Of a DNA stretch of 64,000 bases, positions 31,786 to 53,978 are shown one piece after another (positions within the stretch are counted from its first letter, which is position 1; each line of letters begins with the position of its first letter). The notes beneath the pieces are model-generated. The model was not told the origin of the DNA and did no database searches. It worked only from the letters and a program-made list of their open reading frames with translations. The position numbers and the translations under genes are program-made. The stretch lies in assembly GCF_009914755.1 (NCBI RefSeq), contig NC_060943.1; one strand, 5' to 3'. Origin of the DNA: the human T2T-CHM13v2.0 reference genome, Homo sapiens.

Positions 31786-32605
31786 TGTCAGAGGCGTTCG
31801 AAACAGAGCAACTCCATTTTGAGTGAGGGCTACAAAAATGAGGCTGAGACGTCGGGCGCGGTGGCTCAGGCCTGTAATCCCAACACTTTAAGAGGCTGAG
31901 GCGGGCGGATCACGAGGTCTGGAGATCAAGACCATCCTGGCTAACACGGTGAAACCCCGTCTCTACTAAAAATACCAAAAAATAGCCGGGCATGGTGTCG
32001 GGCGTCTGTAGTCCCAGCTACTCGGGAGGCTGAGGCAGGAGAATGGCGTGACCCGGGAGGCGGAGCTTGCAGTGAGCCGAGATTGCGCCACTGCACGCCA
32101 GCCTGGGCGACAGAGCCAGACTCCGTCTCAAAAAAAAAAAAAAAAGAGGCTTAGGCTTGCTGGGCTGTATGCCCAGAAAATTAGGCATTCCTAGCCTCTA
32201 AATGTTTATGGTTAAGGGAACAAATTAATAATGTTTACCAAACAGACTCAGACTTGGGTGTGTCCAGATATCCTGACATCTGGAGAACAAAGGCATTCCT
32301 AATTTTGCTTTAAAGATAATAATATCGATTCTCACAAAATATAGTAAGAAAATTAATTATGTATTACAAACCCTTGTAGCAGAACACATCTCCCCACATA
32401 TACAAGCATTGTACCTAGGGGGATGCATTCTTCTCTTACTTTCAGGAACGTCCTGTTTTGTCTATGGACTAGCTGTCCTTTCACCACTTTACTTTCTTAA
32501 TAAACTTGCTTTTGCTTTGCACTGCGGACTTGCCCTAAATTCTTTCTTGCGTGAGATCCAAGAACCCTCTGTTGGGGTCTGGATCGGGACCCCTTTCCTG
32601 TAACA
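31786..32605 (+). mobile_element. MER41 (C/D-like) 5' LTR, interrupted by AluY
   Basis: Starts TGTCAGAGGCGTT..AGAGCAACTCCAT and ends GGGGTCTGGATCGGGACCCCTTTCCTGTAACA; AATAAA near 32499. Confidence 0.88.
31850..32145 (+). mobile_element. AluY in the MER41 LTR
   Basis: CpG-rich with AluY diagnostics; TSD approximately gaggct(g/t)ag(a/g)c. Confidence 0.9.
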
Positions 32606-33041
32606 TGTTTCTGGTGACCACAGAAGGGACTATAGTGCAGAAACCCTGACCCAATGGCTACCTTTGCCTAAGTGTTGAGGTCCTGTAACATCTTTCTGGT
32701 GAACCACGGAAGGGACGATACTAAAGAAACCCTCCAACCCAAAGGAAATAGGCTGCAGCACTGATTGGATGACTTTGGGTAAGTGGTGGGGTACCCGGTT
32801 AAAGAATAGGATTGGGTTAGAGGCCCCTCTTAATAAAAGGAAAGAATGCTTGACTGACCCCGACGTCAGACGCCTGATTTAGGAGAGTTAGAGTCCCTTC
32901 TAAGGTTTAGGGACCTCTTGGTAAAGTCCCTCTCAGCTGAAAACGGGCTTGGCACTGCAGGCTATGCTCTTTGTATTAATCTGCCTTCTCCTTGCTGCAT
33001 GAATCAATTTCTTGGGTGCTGTCTCTGTTTCATTGTCATGA

Positions 33042-33340
33042 TTTTATTTTATTTTATTTTTTAGATGTGTCTCACTCTGCTGCCCAGTCTGGAGTGCAGT
33101 GGCGCGATCTCGGCTCACTGCAACCTCCACTTCCAGATTCAAGCAGTTCTACTGCCTCAGCCTCTCAAGTAGCTGAGACTACAGGCGCTTGCCACCATGC
33201 CCGGCTGATTTTTGTATTTTTAGTAGAGGTGGGGTTTCACCATGTTGGCCAGGCTGGTCTCAAACTCCTGGTTTCAGGTGATCCGCCGGCCTCGGCCTCC
33301 CGAAGTGCTGGGATTACAGGTGTGAGCCACCGAGCCCGGT
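33042..33340 (-). mobile_element. Alu (AluSx-like)
   Basis: Reverse Alu; TSD approximately ttca(t/c)tgtcat. Confidence 0.9.
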
Positions 33341-33813
33341 CTTCACTGTCATTTTCAGGAAACTTTAACTGATCTTAGGGATGTTAACTTATTCTTTTTC
33401 TGTGTGCCTCCTGATTTCCGTCCGTTTGCTTGTGAAACATTGGGAACAAAAAGCATTGAAGGCTCCGTCTCCAAAATGGCTAATTGAGATTTAGTATTTA
33501 ACAGCTATGAGCAATAAAATTACATAGATGTGGTTTTGCTTTGTTGCTGCTATAGTGACTAGGCGTGATCGAGAAGCACTAGGATGGAAATCAGGGAACT
33601 TTTCTCCTTGCTGTTTTGTTTCACTTTGCACACTAAAAATACAATTCTTTCCTTTCTTGGATTCAGGCAAACTGGCTCTGCTTGTTTAATCCACACTGTC
33701 GCTATTGCCCAGAACCTGCTTGCTCTGGTCATTCCCATCTAAATCTTCTTCATTTCCTTTGCCTTATTCGACATTTTTGTCAAAGTCCATTTGTGGTTTA
33801 AGATTCATGGCTT

Positions 33814-34142
<329 letters not shown>

Positions 34143-34908
34143 TTATGTTAGTTGGATAATGTGAAACATGTTTGATGAGAGAAAAAGAAGAAAAAGAGCT
34201 AGACATGCAAGATGATCCTTTAATGCAAGCCCCCCCCTGCCCCCGCCCCCGCCCCCACCCCTGGTTCAGCGTGCAGTTTTGAGTGGAGCAGACCCTTCTG
34301 TCACCTCTAAAGGTTCAGATGTGTCGGTCCTTTCTTCCTCTAGCCCACCTGAAAGTTCTGTGGATAATCCTTCATCTCCTCTTCCTTACCGGACTAGTCC
34401 CTCTCTACACCCACCACTCCCTGAGGAACTGAGCCCAACGAGTACTACTCTAGTGGAGCTGCCTATCAACCTCCAAAGGGAAATCTGTCCACTTACAGAG
34501 GTGGCAAATGGGGAAGAAGGCACTGTGAGAGGACATGTCCCCTTTTCTATGTCTGATTTGGCTCTATGTAAAGAGAAGTTTGGTCATTTCTCTGAAGATC
34601 CAGGAAAATTCCTAGATGAGTTTGAGAAATTAACTCTGACCTATAGTTTAACTGGACAGGATCTGCACATTTTGTTGTCTCTGTGTTGTACAGTAAAAGA
34701 GAACGCATTTTGGTGACAGCTAGGGCCCATGCAGATGAGGTATTGTCTTGAAACCTGAACCATAATATATATCAGGCAGGAGGTTCAGCAGTTCAAGATC
34801 AAGATCCACAGTGGAACTATCAAAGAGGCAGTGAGGACTTGGGGTGGAGAGAGAATATGGTCACTTATTTTTTGAAAGGGATGAAGAAATGTATGAAAAA
34901 GCCTGTTG

Positions 34909-35285
<377 letters not shown>

Positions 35286-35966
35286 CTAACATTGATCCTG
35301 CCTCAAGGGAAAGATGAACCATTCTGGGAGTACATTTTATAACCCAGTCTGCCCCTGATATCCATAGAAACCTATTAAAAGCAGCTGTGAGTCCCCATAC
35401 TTCTAAGGAACAGCTGTGGATATGGAATTTTTAGTTTTTAATAACAGGGACAAAGCAGAGGTAGCAGAAAGTGCAAGAAGGACCTCCCACAAGTACGGCT
35501 CTTGGCTGCAGCCTTAAGCTCACATCAAACATGGGATTGCCTCCTGGCTCTTGGCCTGAACAAGGGAAGCTGAAAGGTGGGAAGCCCAAAGCTGGGCATC
35601 TGAGTCACCATGCTTTGGGCATAAATCAGTGTGCACATTGTAAGAAAACTGGCCATTGGAAAAGGGATTACCCAGCATTCTGAAGGGAGCCATCAGCACC
35701 CAAACCCATGATGGCTGAAATAGCCAGGCAAGCCCAAGAGCGATGGGGCTGAGACCTTCAGCCACAGCTCCTGTTGGACAACTAACTATATCTATGGAGG
35801 AGCCTTGGGTAACCCTTGATGTGGCAGGTAAGAATATTACATTCCTTCTGGAATGCTAACTCTGTTTTGACCCACCATGTTTTACCTATCCTTTAAGCTG
35901 CTCTTCAGACTTTGAATGCCCCACCCCTTGTTGGGAAGGGATCTGTTAATTCAGAATAAATATCAG

Positions 35967-36321
35967 TGATATGGTTTGGCTGTGTCCCCATCCAAATCAC
36001 AACTTGAATTGTATCTTCCAGAATTCCCACATGTTGTGAGAGGGACCCAGTGAGAGGTAATTAAATAATGGGGACCAGTCTTTCCTGTGCTATTCTTGTG
36101 GTAGTGATTAAACCTCACCATATCTGATGGGTTTATCAGGGGTTTCTGCGTTTGCTTCTTCCTCATTTTTCTCTTGCTGCCACCACGTAAGAAGTGCCTT
36201 TCACCTTCCACCATGATTCTGAGGTCTCCCCAGCCATGTGGAACTGTAAGTCCACTTAAAACTCTTTTTATTGCCAGTTTCAGGTATGCCTTTATCAGCA
36301 GCATGACAATGAACTAATACA
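35967..36321 (+). mobile_element. THE1A-type MaLR LTR
   Basis: TGATATGGTTTGGCTGTGTCCCC..AACTTGAATTGTATCT..GGGTTTATCAGGGGTTTC..CTAATACA. Confidence 0.88.
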
Positions 36322-38601
<2,280 letters not shown>

Positions 38602-39343
38602 TTAATTTATATTTTATTTAGTTAGAACATTCCATTTTCATTTATTAATTGGAGAACCCTACATGAGCCTACATTTCTTTAGTTATTGTTCCTTTCACTT
38701 TTTATAAATGACATAAGTAAATTTATTGATTGATTGGGCCAATTTGTTCAGGTCAGTACTAGGGAGACTTCATAAGTCATGAGGATGTTTCTATACATAA
38801 ATGCAGCAATCAAACATGACAGGGCTTGCTGTGTCACAGATGCTTTATAATACACCATAAATATTCCTGCTGGAGTTAGTTTGTAACTTCAAGTCAGGGA
38901 TGGAAAATAGCAATGGTGAAGAAATAACATTTATTCTTCATGTGGAGAGGACATGTTTTCCAGGCTGCAAAGCTGACTCTTGCTGAATTTAAAGATCAAT
39001 TCTGCCTTTTTCCTTTCCTAATTATTCTCAGTTTTGTTTGTCTTATTATGGGGATTCCAAGAATGTATGCATCACAGCCCTTCTTTATTTATTGTGTATT
39101 GGTGACAGTTTTCTCACTGTTGTCTTTATGCCATGACATTTTACATGGTACTTTGTAGGTTCTAATTTAAAAGTTGGTACTTTTTATTGCACAGAAAATT
39201 GGTTTTAACTAGAAAATTTATTTAGCAATGTAACTTTCAGATTAGTTAATTAAAATAAGAGGCATATACTGTCCACAGGTGAGAAAATTACATCAGTTAG
39301 CATTGTTTTTCTTTGTTTGTCAAAGAAAACTCTTATTCAATTC

Positions 39344-39639
39344 TTTTTTTTTTTTTTTTTTGAGACAGTCTGACTCTGTCACCCAGGCTGGAGTGCAGTG
39401 GTGAAATCTCAGCTCACTGCAACCTCTGCCTCCCAGGTTGAAGCGGTTCTCCTGTCTCAGCCTCCTGAGTAGCTGGGACTACAGGCGCGTGCCACCACGC
39501 CCAGCTAATTTTTGTATTTTTAGTAGAGACAGGGTTTCACCATGTTGGCCAGGCTGGTCTTGAACTCCTAACCTCGTGATTCACCCATGTCGGCCTCCCA
39601 AAGTGCTGGGATTACAAGCATAAGCCAACTGCACCCAGC
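39344..39639 (-). mobile_element. Alu (AluS)
   Basis: Poly-T then reverse Alu. Confidence 0.9.
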
Positions 39640-39739
39640 CTAGATTCATACACAAATTCTGGCAAATATAAAATTTGTGAGATACTATATCTTTGAAATT
39701 AGACTTTTGAGAGGGTTAATGATACATAATTGTTTTAAA

Positions 39740-40043
39740 TTTTTATTTTATTTTATTTTATTTTGGAGAGGGAGTCTCACCCTGTTGCCCAGGCTGGAGT
39801 GCAGTGATGTGATGTTGGCTCACCACAACCTCCGCTTCCCGGTTCAAGCAATTCTTCTGCCTCAGCCTTCAAAGTAGCTGGGACAACATGCGTGCACCAC
39901 CATGCCCGGCTAATTTTTGTATTTTTAGTGGAGACGGGGTTTCATTATGTTGGCCAGGCTGGTCTCAAATTCCTGACCTCGTGATCCACCCACCTCAGCC
40001 TCCCAAAGTGCTGGGATTACAGGCATGAGCCACCCTGCCCGGT
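39740..40043 (-). mobile_element. Alu (AluS)
   Basis: Reverse Alu; TSD aatgatacataatt. Confidence 0.9.
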
Positions 40044-40079
40044 CAATGATACATAATTTTAAATTTAATTTTGCTGTGA

Positions 40080-40422
<343 letters not shown>

Positions 40423-41104
40423 CAACTTACATCTTTATGCAGAGTCTTCTATTTTTACGTGTGAATGTTAAATGTTGCACAATAATGAGCTCTGTGGATA
40501 TGAAATTTAGAATAATATTTCTTTCACATATTGCTATAACAATATGAAGAAATTTCTCACTCTTATTTTATATAATTTTTTCTGTGAGTGAAGTTCAGTC
40601 TACAGTTTTTACTGATAGTCACCTAACTGTAGGTATCTCCTTGGTCACTGGTAAGTGACTGATTAGTAATGCCAATCTATTTCATTTTAGTCACTAAGAA
40701 AACAATATTTTTAAATTTTCAATAGAAAAAAGTATTATTATATTATTGTTTCTGAAACTTTCAGACACTGTAGACCATTCAATCGATAATGATGTTGATG
40801 TAGACAACAAATTTTCTATATAATTATAAGCTCATTTTAGCTTTTAATGTAAAAATTCAGTATATTTTATAAGCAAAATTAGCAGCTCTTTTAAATCACT
40901 AGAGAAATATTGTTGTTGGAATCCATTTACCAAAGTATTTGTGTTAGGCTTAGTAATGAGTACTTTAAACCAAAAATCAAGTTCTACATACTATCTAAGG
41001 GTTAAAAAAAAAAGTGGTTTTTAAGTTTCTATTTATTTCTACTATATTATAAAATTCAAAGCCAAAATGTTAGGTCAGGAATGAAAGCAAGAATTGGATA
41101 TGAC

Positions 41105-41730
<626 letters not shown>

Positions 41731-41779
41731 ACCCATGTTTATACTAATCAGCCAGTCTTGGGCTATAATGGTAGTTAGA

Positions 41780-42094
<315 letters not shown>

Positions 42095-42217
42095 TAATGC
42101 TACCCTTGGAAAATTCCCATATATTTACATATATCACGGATATAAATATTATAAAAAGATTTCTCATTGAGTATTGCTCATTAGCACTCCAGTAACACTA
42201 GACAAATAAGCAGTTAA

Positions 42218-42530
<313 letters not shown>

Positions 42531-42796
42531 ATAAGCACTTAAATATTGAGCATTTGCTAGTTTTAAAATGAAAGTAGGCAAATTGTTTCCTTACTTATTT
42601 AATAAATTTCTAATTGCCAAGTACCTATGTTTATTTGAAAAATTGAAATGTAGTGTAAAAATATATTTAAATACCTTTATTTCCTAACAAATAAAAGAAA
42701 TCATTTATTTAGAGAGAATTTTACTCTAAACAATTGCTTTAGAGTGTGTCTTTTAAAGTATTATATTATTTTGAACATTAAAGATAAAGATAATGG

Positions 42797-43116
<320 letters not shown>

Positions 43117-43266
43117 TTATTCCTGACTACTGGGTTCAGACTATTCATAATACTAGAAGTTTTCTCATCTACATCACTCATTCAGTAAGCCATTTCAAAG
43201 AACAAAAATACTTACGTTTTCTGAAATTTTAAGATTGAAAAACACTGTTTTCTCTGGCCTAATTTC

Positions 43267-43579
43267 TTTTTTTTTTTTCTTTTCTTTTTCTTTTTTTTTT
43301 TTTGAGACACAGTTTTGCTCTTGTTGCCCAGGCTGGGGTGCAATGGCTCAATCTCACTGCAACCTCTACCTCCCAGCTTCAAGCTATTCTCCTGCCTCAG
43401 CTTCTCGAGTAGCTGGGATTACAGGCATGCACCACCACACCCTGCTAATTTTGTATTTTTAGTAGAGACAGGGTTTCTCCATGTTGGTCAGGCTGGTCTC
43501 GAACTCCCAGCCTCAGGTTATCCTCCCACCTCGGCCTCCCAAAGTGCTGGGATTACAGGCGTGAGCCACCATGCCCAGC
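43267..43579 (-). mobile_element. Alu (AluSp-like)
   Basis: TSD tctctggcctaatttctt. Confidence 0.9.
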
Positions 43580-43882
43580 ATCTCTGGCCTAATTTCTTAA
43601 AATTTACTTCTCAATTTTTAAAAATAATGTATTAATAGTATTTTTGATTGGCAAATTATAGTCGTATACATTGATAGTGTAAAATGTGATGTTTTATTTT
43701 ATGTATACAATATAAAATGATTAAGTCAAGTTAAATAAAATATCTAACAACTAGCTTACCTATCATTTTTTGTGGTGAGACATTTGAAATTTAGCTATTT
43801 TGAAATTTACAACACATGATTGTTTACTATAGTCACCCTGCTGTTCAATGTATGTCAAAACCTATTTACCCTGTCTATGTGA

Positions 43883-44229
<347 letters not shown>

Positions 44230-44328
44230 ACAATTCTCTATTTCTTTCCCACCACCCTCAACCTCTGATAACTATTATTCTACTTTCTGCTATTTTGAGT
44301 TAAACTTTCTTAGGTTTAGTATATAAAT

Positions 44329-44670
<342 letters not shown>

Positions 44671-45082
44671 CTATTTGTGTCTGGCTTATTTTATGTAGCA
44701 TAATGCCTTCTAAATTTATCTCTATTGATTCAAATGATGAGATTTACCCACTTTTAAGGCTGAATAGTGTTCCATTGTTTATACTACATTTTTAGAAGAA
44801 TTAATTTAATATATATTTATCTGTTGGTGGAAAAACTCATGTTATAATAATTCTATGTTAAAGCATGTTAGTGTAATTTTCAGCCTATAAATATCTTATT
44901 AAAAGTAGCTAATTTATACAGAGCACTAATTGTAACACTATGTATGTGTTACTGAATTCAATTTTCACAGTAACTTAATAACATAGGTCTTATTATTATT
45001 CTCATTTTACAGAGGAAGAAACAGAGCCACTGAGAGAAAGGACTTGGTCACACTAGCAAAGCCAGTATTAAAACACAAACAG

Positions 45083-45457
<375 letters not shown>

Positions 45458-45692
45458 TTATTTTTAACACTCATTTTTAATAAACATTTTACAAAAATTA
45501 AATAATTGGATGCATTTTTATTGTTCTATGTGTGTATTAGTATATAAAATGGTACATAAAAAAATAAGCCAGAAAACAATAGTTAATATTTGCAATAAAT
45601 ATAACTGGAAAGTAGTTAACTATCATTTGCAGATGATATCTTTGTTTACTGAGATAATAAAAGCAACTGAAAGACTTTTAAAAGTCTATTCA

Positions 45693-46005
<313 letters not shown>

Positions 46006-46105
46006 TGTCCATTCAGGTGGGAACAAAAAATTCTAAGATTATCCTCAAGATTATCAGTTTGTTGTACACCTGTAATCTTTCATTTTCTTGCAAAAAAATG
46101 TGTGA

Positions 46106-46525
<420 letters not shown>

Positions 46526-47051
46526 TAGAAAAACACTCCTTGACCTGGAAGTAAGTGACTTCCAGCTGGGCCATGTTGTAATCTGCTCATAGTGGCCACA
46601 TGGAAGGAAATATATTTGTATATTGTCATTGTATCTGCCTCCTACATGTTGCTTCAAGTAGGGAGAACAGGAGGATACCATGGAAGAGGAAAAAAAGGAG
46701 GTCTCATTTGTGTGAGAAATAATCACCTCTAATCTGGAATAGCTTATGATAAATAGAAGAGACCACAACATGACCACATCAATGAGAGAAAAAAGGCAAC
46801 CTGGTTAAAAGTGCTCACTGGCATTTTTAGGCAGCATTTAGTAAGGCTTAGTGAATGATCAGCCTCTGGAATACCAACAGTCTACCAGCAAGGCTGAACT
46901 CATTCTGGTTAAATCAGCATTCTAGTGGCCCAGTTTTACACTATTCATTACAGAAATACTGTGGAGATGAGTGGGTACCCTGCTAGAATTGGCCTTATTA
47001 TGAAAAAGCATACCTAATTATTTGTTTTCACAATTTAAAAACCTTGAAAAT

Positions 47052-47348
<297 letters not shown>

Positions 47349-47796
47349 CCTTGAAAACATCATGAATTTATTAAAAATGTACTTCTGCTAATTGTGGAGC
47401 ATTCTACAATACTGTAATATAATATTGAACTTTAAGCACCTTAATATGAATGTTTCTTGAATGCATGAAGAGTTATGTAGATGGTTTCTTTTAAATTAAC
47501 ATGAGAGAAGTAATAGAGAAAAGATTTGAAGTGGAATAAATAATCTAAAACACATTTTTTTCAAAGGCTTGGCATAATTACTATGCTTTTTGAAATGGCC
47601 ATATTACTAACCAGAAGCAAAAACAAGATTTTTGTTTTTCTCAGTCAGTATGTTTTTGATCTTTTGAAATTTAAAATCCTGGCTAAAGGATTTGATTTTA
47701 GTAAGTGGCTTACTAAAGTATTCAAGGCAATACAAGGATAATTTTTATAGGTAGGAAAATGCATACTATATACACACATTGCTCTTCCCTGTTTGC

Positions 47797-48034
<238 letters not shown>

Positions 48035-48146
48035 TGACTTGCTTTAACATTGAAAGACTGCAGATTGCAAATCTAGTCTCTTGATTTAGAGTAAATTAAC
48101 AAAAGACTTATTTTTCAGCCAAATAATTGTATAAAATCAATGGGTA

Positions 48147-48444
<298 letters not shown>

Positions 48445-49009
48445 GGTAACAGATGCCCAGATGCCATTATCAGCCAAAAAAAATAATATGACTAGATTTA
48501 GTAAGTATCCAGCCATGCAAATAACAGCCCAATTAAATTAAGACCCTAATAAGTGCATGTGGAAAGCATACATGTGCAGCATGGTGCACATCCACTCAGC
48601 ACCTGCTTCTGCCTCTTTAGAGATATACCAAATTTCCCTGAGTGACTCAGAGTGACTACTAGGAACTGAGAATTCTGTGTTCAGAGGGATTACTGGAAAC
48701 ATGGTTAATACACTTTTTTAATATTATAATAAAATTTTATGAATCTTACTCTGCCTCACAGTCTTTTAGTAAAAAATTGTTTATATATAGTACTCAATTT
48801 GGATTCATGGAAAATTTCAATATTCCAGGTAAGTCAGACACACTTAAATGTCAACCAAATTTCATAAAACATATTCGAGTCAGATTCAAATATGTTTACT
48901 CATATGTAATCATGAGTCATATGTCATCAAATATGTTTACTCATATTACCTGGGAATCAAAACTGAGAGAAGAATAACTTATTTGTTAAAGTTAGAGATG
49001 CAGGGAAGA

Positions 49010-49315
49010 CCCACTACTTTTGACCAACATCCCCTCCACCCCTAACCACAGGCAATTATCATTCTACTCACTGTTTCTATGAATTTGATTTTTTAATATT
49101 CTACACAGAAATGAGATTATGTGATATATTTTTATTCTGTGCTGGCTTATTTTACTTAGCACAATGTCCTCCAGGTTCATCAATGTTGCAAATAAGACTT
49201 CCTTCTTTTTAAGGGCTGAATAGCATTCCATTGTGTAAATATACCACATTGTCTTTATCCATTCATCTGTTGATGGACACTTAGGTTGATTCCATAACTT
49301 AGCTATTGTGAGTAA
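49010..49315 (-). mobile_element. L1MA-type 3' fragment
   Basis: ggcttattttacttagcacaatgtcctccaggttcatc..gatggacacttaggttgattcc; ORF MWYIYTMECYSALKK. Confidence 0.8.
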
Positions 49316-50201
49316 TCACTTCCTACTCTTTCATTTGTTTGTATATCTTTTCTTTCCTTCCTTTGTTATTTCTAGAAGTATTTTAATATTAAAATATAAA
49401 TTACAACTCTCAAATAACTTCATTTCTATGCCTCCTATTGGTTAATATTTTGGCTGACTGAACAAATAAGATTTTTTAAAATTACTTGGAACAAGGCCAT
49501 TACTTCGTATTTAACATAATTTGAGACAAAACAGTAATGAAAATCAACACTGATTAGTGAAACAATGATTATCTAGCCCCTGGTAATAATTTTCTCTCCC
49601 ATTCATCATAAAAGCTGTCTTTGTGTCATCTCTCCCAGTTGTAAGAAAGAGGCTTCTGATCCAATTGGTCAGCATAAAATATTGTAAAATTTAACTTTTT
49701 GGTCCCAAAATTAAGCTGCTTTTTAACAGAAAAGTTGATTTTTATATGTATTATTTTATTGTATTATATTTAAATTCTTCAGCAAAACTAAACTACAACA
49801 CATACATTTAAAATTCTCTGAAAATTAAAAATGCTTAAGAAACATTTTTATAGAAACTAAATCTAAAATAATTTTAGATTCTTAGAGAACATTTCTCAAA
49901 TACTTCAAGTTCTCCTGTTCTGACAGTAGCTATATATTTTTCCATATTGCTATAATAGAGCTTTGGCTGTTCTTTGTGGCTAAATCCACCATTTCTATTC
50001 TATTTTGTTGTGTAGTATTTACGTTATGCATTTTACATTTTAAAAGTTGTAGTCCATGCAATGCAATTTTAAACAATTGACAAACATTTTTTCATGTAAA
50101 ATTCTGTGCTTATTCAGCAGTCACTTTATTTTCACTCTTCAAAGGCATTCTAACTGCCTGAAAAGCAAAGTGACAGTTCAAGTGAGTGTGCTGAGCTGGA
50201 A

Positions 50202-51306
50202 TGTTGCAGGAAGTCAGGGACCCCAAACGGAGGGACCAGCTGAAGCCATGGAAGAAGAACGTGGATTGTGAAGATTTCATGGACATTTATTAGTTCCCCA
50301 AATTAATACTTTTATAATTTCTTATGCCTGTCTTTACTGCAATCTCTAAACATAAATTGTGAAGATTTCATGGACACTTATCACTTCCCCAATCAATACC
50401 CTTGTGATTTCCTATGCCTGTCTTTACTTTAATCTCTTAATCCTGTCATCTCCTAAGCCAAGGCGGATGTATGTCGCCTCAGGACCCTGTGATAATTGCA
50501 TTAACTGAACAAACTGTAGAGTATGTGTGTTTGAACAGTATGAAATCTGGGCACACACCTTGAAAAAAGAACAAGATAACAGCAATGTTTAGGAAACAAG
50601 AGACAGAACCTTAAACTCTGACAGCCCCAGTGAGCCGGGTGGAACAGAGCCGTAGGAGCCGGGTGGAACAGAGCCGTAGTTCTCTTCTTTCAAAAGCAAA
50701 TGGGAGAAACATCGCTGAATTCTTTTTCTCAGCAAGGAACATCCCTGGGAAAGGGAATACACGCCTGGGGGTGGGTCTCTGAACTGGCCCCCTTGGCGTG
50801 GCCGTCTTCTATGGTCGAGGCTGTAGGGGTGAAATAGACCCCAGTCTCCCATAGCACTCCCAGGCTTATTAGGAAGAGGAAATTCCTGCCTAATAAATTT
50901 TGGTCAGACCGGTTGCTCTCAAAACCCTGTCTCCTGATAAGATGTTATCAATGACAATGGTGCCCAAAACTTCATTAGCAATTTTAATTTCGCCTCGGTC
51001 CTGTGGTCCTGTGATCTCGCCCTGTCTCCATTTGCCTTGTGATATTCTATTACCTTCGGAAGTACTTGATGTCTGTGACCCACACCTATTCGTACACTCC
51101 CTCCCCTTTTGAAAGTCCCCAATAGAAACTTGCTGGTTTTGCGGCTTGTGGGGCATCACGGAACCTACCGACATGTGATGTCTCCCCCGGATGCCCAGCT
51201 TTAAAATTTCTCTCTTTTGTACTCTGTCCCTTTATTTCTCAAGCCGGCTGTTGCTTAGGGAAAATTGAAATGAACCTACGTGACTATCGGGGCAGGTTCC
51301 CCGATA
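50202..51306 (+). mobile_element. MER11 (MER11B-like; HML-8) solo LTR
   Basis: Starts TGTTGCAGGAAGTCAGGGACCCC and ends CTATCGGGGCAGGTTCCCCGATA; perfect 6-bp TSD CTGGAA. Confidence 0.92.
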
Positions 51307-51507
51307 CTGGAACTCTCCAGTGTCAGTCTATTCACATTCATACAGGTGATCTTCTGGTGAGAGTGGACTTCGACAGCAATATCACAGCAATGTGGAACAG
51401 ATGTAATAAAATAAAAGATGAAACACTGCTTTTCAGGAAAATGAGCTAATCTTTCTTACTCTGTGTATGTGATTATGTGATGGTTGTAAGTTTTAAAATA
51501 AAGACTA

Positions 51508-51727
51508 GGCCAGGCGCAGTGGCTCACACCTGTAATCCCAACACTTTGGGAGGCTGCGGTGGGCAGATCACGAGGTCAGGTGTTCGAGACCAGCCTGGCC
51601 AACATGGCGAAACCCCATCTCTATTAAAAATACAAAAAAAAATTAGGTCATCGTGGTGGGCGCCTGTAGTCCCAGCTACTTGGGAGGCTGAGGCAGGATA
51701 ATCGCTTGAACCGGAGAGGTGGAGGTT
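51508..51727 (+). mobile_element. Alu, 3'-truncated, fused to an inverted Alu
   Basis: Ends at GGAGGTT with no tail. Confidence 0.88.
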
Positions 51728-52418
<691 letters not shown>

Positions 52419-52477
52419 TAGCTAGGGTGTGACATATTACCAAACCCAATATGAAGTCTTAGCAGACTCAGTGATTA

Positions 52478-52969
<492 letters not shown>

Positions 52970-53674
52970 CTAAAATTTTATTCACCAATTTATAGAATTT
53001 CCCTTTTGGGGTCTATGAAGTTACAAATGTAATCCCATAAATAATCAAAATTTCCCTGCAAATATGCACCAAAAAGAAGTTATAATAGTTGATGGCAAAT
53101 CTTGAGAGGAAAGGTAGGAATGACTGAAAGTATTTGGTAAGGTAAGAATGGGACTGAGTAGAATGAGTAGGCCTCACTTATGTACTCATCTTTTATAATT
53201 TTTATATTTCTTCACATTAATATCTGGGACTTTCCTCTAGGCTGTTCAGGGTTGCTCCCTCAGCTTTCCAGGTTTAACTGAGTATGATGTATCCAAGAGT
53301 CAATTCCTGTAACTTTCATTGCAAACAGGGTTCAAAGAAGAACAGTGAAAGGTCCTTCCCAGTTTGCGCTTAGGGAGGGAGAGAGAGAGAGGGGAGAGCT
53401 TTCACCAATATCAAATCTGGGCTAAATGAAGGTGTTCTTATTTTCTGGGGTTGAGACTCTGCTAAATGTGTTAATTCCTGCTGAAAGTGAGCGAGAGAGG
53501 TTACATGCTTAACCAATTCAGAGGTTTCCTGGTCTAATAGAAACCATTGTAAGAAAAGGCCATTCATACAGCATCTTGAAAGGGCTCAGACCTAACTTTG
53601 AAGGGGTATTTCTTACTTGCAGTAAAGCCATGGAAAGAAAAGTAACCCAAGAAAGGTGAGTTTTTTGGGGACAG

Positions 53675-53978
53675 TTTTTTTTTTTTTTTTTTGAGACGGA
53701 GTTTCACTCTTGTTGCCCAGGCTGGAGTGCCATGGCATGATCTCGGCTCACTGCAACCTCCCTCTGCCTCCTGGGTTCAAGCGATTCTCTTGCCTCAGCC
53801 TCCCGAGTAGCTGGGATTGCAGGAATGTGCCACCACACCTGGCTAATTTTGTATTTTTAGTAGAGACAGGGTTTCTCCATGTTGGTCAGGCTGGTCTCGA
53901 ACTCCCGACCTCAGGTGATCTGCCTGCCTTGGCATCCCAATGTGTTGGGATTATAGGCTTGAGCCACTGCGCCCTGCC
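53675..53978 (-). mobile_element. Alu (AluSp-like) in the ERV integrase
   Basis: Poly-T then reverse Alu. Confidence 0.9.

Noticed and set aside
32160-32455. MER41 as an interferon (STAT1) enhancer
   Set aside because: No intact TTCNNNGAA site seen: TGCCCAGAA near 32170 and TTCAGGAAC near 32441 both miss the consensus, and the LTR does not look like MER41B.
34229-34261. C-run tract with G-quadruplex potential (also G-rich 1047-1067)
   Set aside because: Short low-complexity runs inside dead ERV sequence with no functional context.
34279-34716. 145-aa gag capsid ORF as a domesticated Gag
   Set aside because: Non-ATG start, immediate frameshift and stops, an Alu inserted in gag, and the protease catalytic DTG deleted.
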